64,000 bases of DNA from Candidatus Bathyarchaeota archaeon (lineage in GTDB: Archaea; Thermoproteota; Bathyarchaeia; Bathyarchaeales; Bathycorpusculaceae): NCBI GenBank assembly GCA_963707955.1, contig OY970176.1, positions 1,760,001 to 1,824,000 on the forward strand. Reading direction: 5' to 3'. The notes beneath the pieces were generated by a model that saw only the letters and a list, made by a program, of their open reading frames with translations, made no database searches and was not told the origin of the DNA. Both the position numbers and the translations under genes were made by a program. Shown here one piece after another: positions 60,158-64,000 of the stretch (its first letter is position 1; each line of letters begins with the position of its first letter).

Positions 60158-60568
60158 ATGAGGGTATTGTTTGTGTGCTCTGGCAACGCTCACCGCAGTC
60201 CGTTAGCAGAAGCACTGCTGAAGAAGCTGAGACCCGACTTAGAAGTCGACTCAGCCGGAACAAGCACTTCTATTCCAGTCTCAGAAGAGGTAAAAGAATA
60301 CTTGGCAAAAGAAAATGCAGGAAAATATCTTAAGAGAGTTCCCGAAAACTTGACGAGGAAGCGACTCAGAGATTACGATCTGATCGTGGCCATGGAGCAA
60401 CGTCACAGGGACGCTGTTGTAGCATTGTGCGCAGAATGTGAGCAAAGAACAGTTGTGTGGAGTATTGAAGATCCATACCTTTTAGATCACAAAGATGCGG
60501 AGAGGATCTACAAACAGGTTGAAGACAAAGTCAGAGAACTAGCCAAATCATTGCAATCCACACGTTAG
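60158..60568 (+). CDS. low-molecular-weight phosphotyrosine phosphatase/ArsC family protein
   Basis: VLFVCSGNAHRS (Cx5R), SAGT, DLIVAM, IEDPY. Confidence 0.88.
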   Translation: MRVLFVCSGNAHRSPLAEALLKKLRPDLEVDSAGTSTSIPVSEEVKEYLAKENAGKYLKRVPENLTRKRLRDYDLIVAMEQRHRDAVVALCAECEQRTVVWSIEDPYLLDHKDAERIYKQVEDKVRELAKSLQSTR

Positions 60569-60638
60569 GCATCGTTATATATCCGTGTTGCCTAGTTTAA
60601 AACCGTTTTTTTGTGACGAAGCGTGGTCTAGATGCCTA

Positions 60639-61064
60639 TCAATGATTCATGTTGCTCTCGTCTAAGAATTTTCTTATCTTGGCCGCAACCCTGTCCAGTT
60701 CGTTCTGTTCAGCGGTTCCACGGGGTCTATGTGAATCCTGTCCCTCATATCTGGGAATGATGTGAACATGAAAGTGAAATACAATTTGATGAGCAGCTTC
60801 TCCGTTGTTTTGGACTAAGCTTATTCCCTCAGCTTTTTCGCTCTTTGAAACGCCGTAGGCCAGCTTCTTCACGATCTTGAAGAGATTTGCAACCTCTTCA
60901 TCTGGAACCTCAAAAATGTTTTCATAATGCTTTCTCGGCACTACGAGCGTGTGACCTTCATTGACCGGTCTCGAATCCAAGAACGCTACGACATCTTTGT
61001 CTTCGTAAACGAAACTCGCATGCTCCAGTTTTCTCGCTATCCTGCAGAATACACAGTTTTCCAA
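60639..61064 (-). CDS. HIT family nucleotide hydrolase
   Basis: CVFC, GHTLVVP, HFHVHIIPR. Confidence 0.93.
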   Translation of the reverse strand: MENCVFCRIARKLEHASFVYEDKDVVAFLDSRPVNEGHTLVVPRKHYENIFEVPDEEVANLFKIVKKLAYGVSKSEKAEGISLVQNNGEAAHQIVFHFHVHIIPRYEGQDSHRPRGTAEQNELDRVAAKIRKFLDESNMNH

Positions 61065-61194
61065 ACACCAGCCGCTCCTTTCTATGTATCAGAACGCAAA
61101 CTGCATTTTAGTTTTACTTGTCTCTTTGCGCTTTCCATCTTCGCGCCTGCTGAGGTAAATCATAAAAGTTGAAAGGCGATCACAGTAATGAGAC

Positions 61195-62670
61195 ATGGAA
61201 GACATTAAGAATCATGGGCTTTACATAAGCGGTGCCTGGGTTGATTCTGTTTCTCACGAAACATTTGTGAGCGATAACCCTGCTAGGCCGAAGCAGGTTC
61301 TTGGAATCTTCCAGAAAGGGTGCAAGGAAGACGTTGACAAGGCTGTGGAGGCTGCTGAAAAAGCCTTTGAAAGATGGAGTGAAACACCGGCGCCGAGAAG
61401 AGGGTCAATTCTTCTAAAGGCCGCTCAGTTGCTGCGAGAGAACAAGGAACGGTTTGCAAGAGAAATGACTATGGAGATGGGAAAGGTCATCGTAGAATCC
61501 AGAGGGGACGTTCAGGAAGCGATAGACATCACAGAGTACATGGCGGGTGAGGGCAGGCGCCTGCTCGGTTTTACCACGCCCTCAGAATTGAGGAAGAAAC
61601 TCTGCTTGACCGTGAGGATGCCCGTTGGCGTTTGTGGGTTGATAACACCCTGGAACTTTCCTATGGCTATCCCAGCGTGGAAGATCATGACTGCGCTGAT
61701 CTGCGGAAACACTGTGGTTTTTAAGCCTTCGTCTGACACGCCGCTCTGTGCAACGCGGCTCGTAGAAATCTTGGAGAAGGCTGGGCTGCCTAGAGGCGTC
61801 TTGAACATGGTCACTGGCTCAGGCGATGATGTGGGAATGAGCCTTGTGAGGCATGAGAAAGTCGAAACGATTTCATTCACGGGGCACAAAGACACCGGCG
61901 CTCTGATTCTGAGAGAAGCAGGTATCAAGAAAGTCGGTCTGGAAATGGGCGGAAAGAACGGCATCATAGTTATGGATGATGCTGACTTGAACCTTGCCTT
62001 GGAGGGAGTGATATGGGGTGGGTACGGCACAACGGGACAGAGGTGCACAGCAGCTTCCAGGGTAATAGTTCATGAGAAGGTCAGAAGCAAGTTTGAGAAG
62101 ATGCTGATAAGCAGAATAGGAAAACTGCGGCTGGGTAATGGACTGAAAGCTGAAACAGACGTTGGTCCATTAGTAAACAGGGCTGCGCAGGAAAAGAGTG
62201 CGAAGTACGTTGAAATCGGAAAAGATGAGGGTGCCAAACTGATGATCGGCGGTAGAATTCCAGAAATGGACGGCTACTTCTTCGAGCCAACGCTGTTCAC
62301 GGACTGCACGATCGAGATGAGAATCGCACAGGAGGAAATATTCGGTCCAGTTGTCTCGCTCATCTCTGTGAAGGACTTTGACGAAGCAATAGACGTGATG
62401 AACTCGGTGGAGTATGGGTTGAGCTCAGCTATTTACACCAGTGACATAAGCAGGGCATGCGAGGCTATCACGAAGATCAGGGCAGGGTTGACATACATCA
62501 ACTCGAGCACGATTGGGTCCGAGGTTCACCTTCCCTTCGGAGGAGTGAAGCACACAGGTTTCGGAACAAGGGAAGGCGGCATTGAAGGGATAGACGAGTT
62601 CTCTGAGACCAAAACGGTCTACGTAGACTACTCTGGAAAACTGCAAAAGGCACAGATTGACATAGAATGA
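61195..62670 (+). CDS. NAD(P)-dependent aldehyde dehydrogenase
   Basis: ITPWNFP, KPS, FTG, LEMGGKN, GQRCTA, EEIFGPV, PFGG. Confidence 0.95.
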   Translation: MEDIKNHGLYISGAWVDSVSHETFVSDNPARPKQVLGIFQKGCKEDVDKAVEAAEKAFERWSETPAPRRGSILLKAAQLLRENKERFAREMTMEMGKVIVESRGDVQEAIDITEYMAGEGRRLLGFTTPSELRKKLCLTVRMPVGVCGLITPWNFPMAIPAWKIMTALICGNTVVFKPSSDTPLCATRLVEILEKAGLPRGVLNMVTGSGDDVGMSLVRHEKVETISFTGHKDTGALILREAGIKKVGLEMGGKNGIIVMDDADLNLALEGVIWGGYGTTGQRCTAASRVIVHEKVRSKFEKMLISRIGKLRLGNGLKAETDVGPLVNRAAQEKSAKYVEIGKDEGAKLMIGGRIPEMDGYFFEPTLFTDCTIEMRIAQEEIFGPVVSLISVKDFDEAIDVMNSVEYGLSSAIYTSDISRACEAITKIRAGLTYINSSTIGSEVHLPFGGVKHTGFGTREGGIEGIDEFSETKTVYVDYSGKLQKAQIDIE

Positions 62671-62948
62671 CAATCCGTATACAATACTGGCTCATCTAGC
62701 CGCTCAGGTTCTACCGTCTTTGCGTTTTGAATGTCGCGCGTTGGCTTGTCCCTAAATTCGCAAAAAGACGAATTTTCAAAGCTTATACATTTTGCTTATA
62801 CATTTTGCATATACAGTTGACGGGCAATGTTGAAAAAGGTGGCGCTGTTCATGTTGGACGCGGAGCCCTTTGGGCTGTTCAAGTGGGCACGCATAATAAA
62901 TGGACAAGGTAGCGCGCTGATTTGTGAATCTGCCAATCAGGGCTCAAC

Positions 62949-62975
62949 GCGGGTCCGCTGGGATTTGAACCTAAA
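62949..62975 (-). other. orphan tRNA 3' fragment (T arm plus acceptor 3' strand)
   Basis: Minus strand TTAGGTTCAAATCCCAGCGGACCCGC; no matching 5' half found nearby. Confidence 0.55.
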
Positions 62976-63096
62976 CGGGTTCAAGTCCATCAGTTAAAGT
63001 GCCACGAATCGTGTTTGAACCCGAGCGCGCGCTCATTATTCGAGATTCATAACATTTTTACATCATCTTCTCCAGCTATCAACAGGGAATTTGAAG

Positions 63097-63264
63097 ATGG
63101 TTAATTGTCCAGAATGTGGGAAACCATTGAAAAGGGGTTCGCGCAAGAAAAGATACTGCTGCGAAAACAGCGCTTGTTCCGTTATATTTGTTCTTCATGC
63201 TGACAATCAATCTATGATGGAGATAAAATACAAGGCCAGCGCGAGCTCTAAGGCTTCCATATGA
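63097..63264 (+). CDS. small zinc-ribbon protein
   Basis: Manual translation MVNCPECGKPLKRGSRKKRYCCENSACSVIFV...; CxxC...Cx4C. Confidence 0.55.
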   Translation: MVNCPECGKPLKRGSRKKRYCCENSACSVIFVLHADNQSMMEIKYKASASSKASI

Positions 63265-63309
63265 AGCGACCCGTCTTAAGGTCTCTGTAACCGTCTTGAC
63301 TTTTCGCCT

Positions 63310-64000
63310 TCACAGTTTCAGGGCTAGGAACAGGGGAAGAAGCGTTATCGAGACGATATTGAGAAGTTTTATTAAGATGTGGAGTGATGGTCCTGCGGTG
63401 TCCTTTAATGGGTCTCCAAAAACGTCTCCTGTGATGGCTGCGTCATGGGCAAAAGTTCCTTTTCCGCCGAGTTTTCCACTTTCAATGTACTTCTTAGAGT
63501 TGTCCAACGCTCCACCCGTGTTGAACATGAAGGTAGCAAGTAACGCGCCGACAACTGTGGCTGACAGGAGGAAGGGCGCGAGGGTCCATATTCCAAAAGC
63601 AAATCCCACGACAATCGGCGAAATCAAGCCTAGTAGGGTTGGAAGAATCATTTCCTTCAGCGAATTCTTGGTGCTTACATCCACGCATTTAGCGTAGTCA
63701 GGCTTTGCTTTACCTTCAATCAGCCCTGGAATGGTCTCAAACTGTCTCCTTACCTCGTTAACCATCTGTCCAGAGGTTCTGCCCACTGCAAGTATGGCCA
63801 TGCCTGAAAAAATAAAGGGAATGGTTGCGCCGATCAATACGCCGACGATAATCAAGGGGCTTGCAAGATCAAAGTAAGGTGCTACTTGGCTAATGGACGT
63901 GGGAAGAGCACCTGTCTGTATTCGAAACGCGTCGGAAACAAAAGCAAAAAGTAAAGCAAAACTGGTCATAACTGCAGCGGCCATGGAGAAACCCTTGGTT
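63310..64000 (-). CDS. hppA: membrane-bound H+/Na+-translocating pyrophosphatase (C-terminal part; starts outside the window)
   Basis: TKGF, EVRRQF, KPDY..CVD, GGALDNSKK, GDVFGDPLKDTAGPSL. Confidence 0.93.
   Translation of the reverse strand, partial: TKGFSMAAAVMTSFALLFAFVSDAFRIQTGALPTSISQVAPYFDLASPLIIVGVLIGATIPFIFSGMAILAVGRTSGQMVNEVRRQFETIPGLIEGKAKPDYAKCVDVSTKNSLKEMILPTLLGLISPIVVGFAFGIWTLAPFLLSATVVGALLATFMFNTGGALDNSKKYIESGKLGGKGTFAHDAAITGDVFGDPLKDTAGPSLHILIKLLNIVSITLLPLFLALKL

Noticed and set aside
1-64000. CRISPR array, transposase, integrase, intein or rRNA
   Set aside because: No regularly spaced repeats or corresponding motifs seen; rfcS and mcm are of intein-free length

Overview
Archaeal chromosomal segment, most consistent with Bathyarchaeia (Thermoproteota). 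This is inferred from Alba, RpoP, GINS23-MCM, RFC S/L, Taw1, frequent TTG/GTG starts and stalked surface proteins. It is mostly housekeeping: a pstSCAB-phoU locus, proteases, two ABC-2 exporters, nucleotide-sugar genes, tRNA-modification genes, glyA, an FMN glutamate-synthase-family gene with gdhA, replication genes, fumC, an aldehyde dehydrogenase, a partial hppA, and tRNA-Leu(GAG). The most notable observations are: (1) a ~1.7 kb integrase-less islet at the tRNA-Leu 3' end, bounded by a tRNA-end duplication and inner inverted repeats, carrying a lone PD-(D/E)XK-like gene; (2) a compact translin-EndoV-HD-Trbp operon that looks like an RNA/tRNA quality-control module; (3) a tandem-GNAT / 458-aa unknown / glyoxalase-II-like operon; (4) a nucleotide-sugar dehydrogenase homolog with an intact ORF but no catalytic motifs; (5) four +1 frameshifts, one in MCM, all at AGCT/GGCT-type sites, suggesting methylation-linked sequencing errors; (6) a dispersed intergenic repeat and an orphan tRNA 3' fragment. 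All product calls come from motif recognition by eye; no database searches were run.
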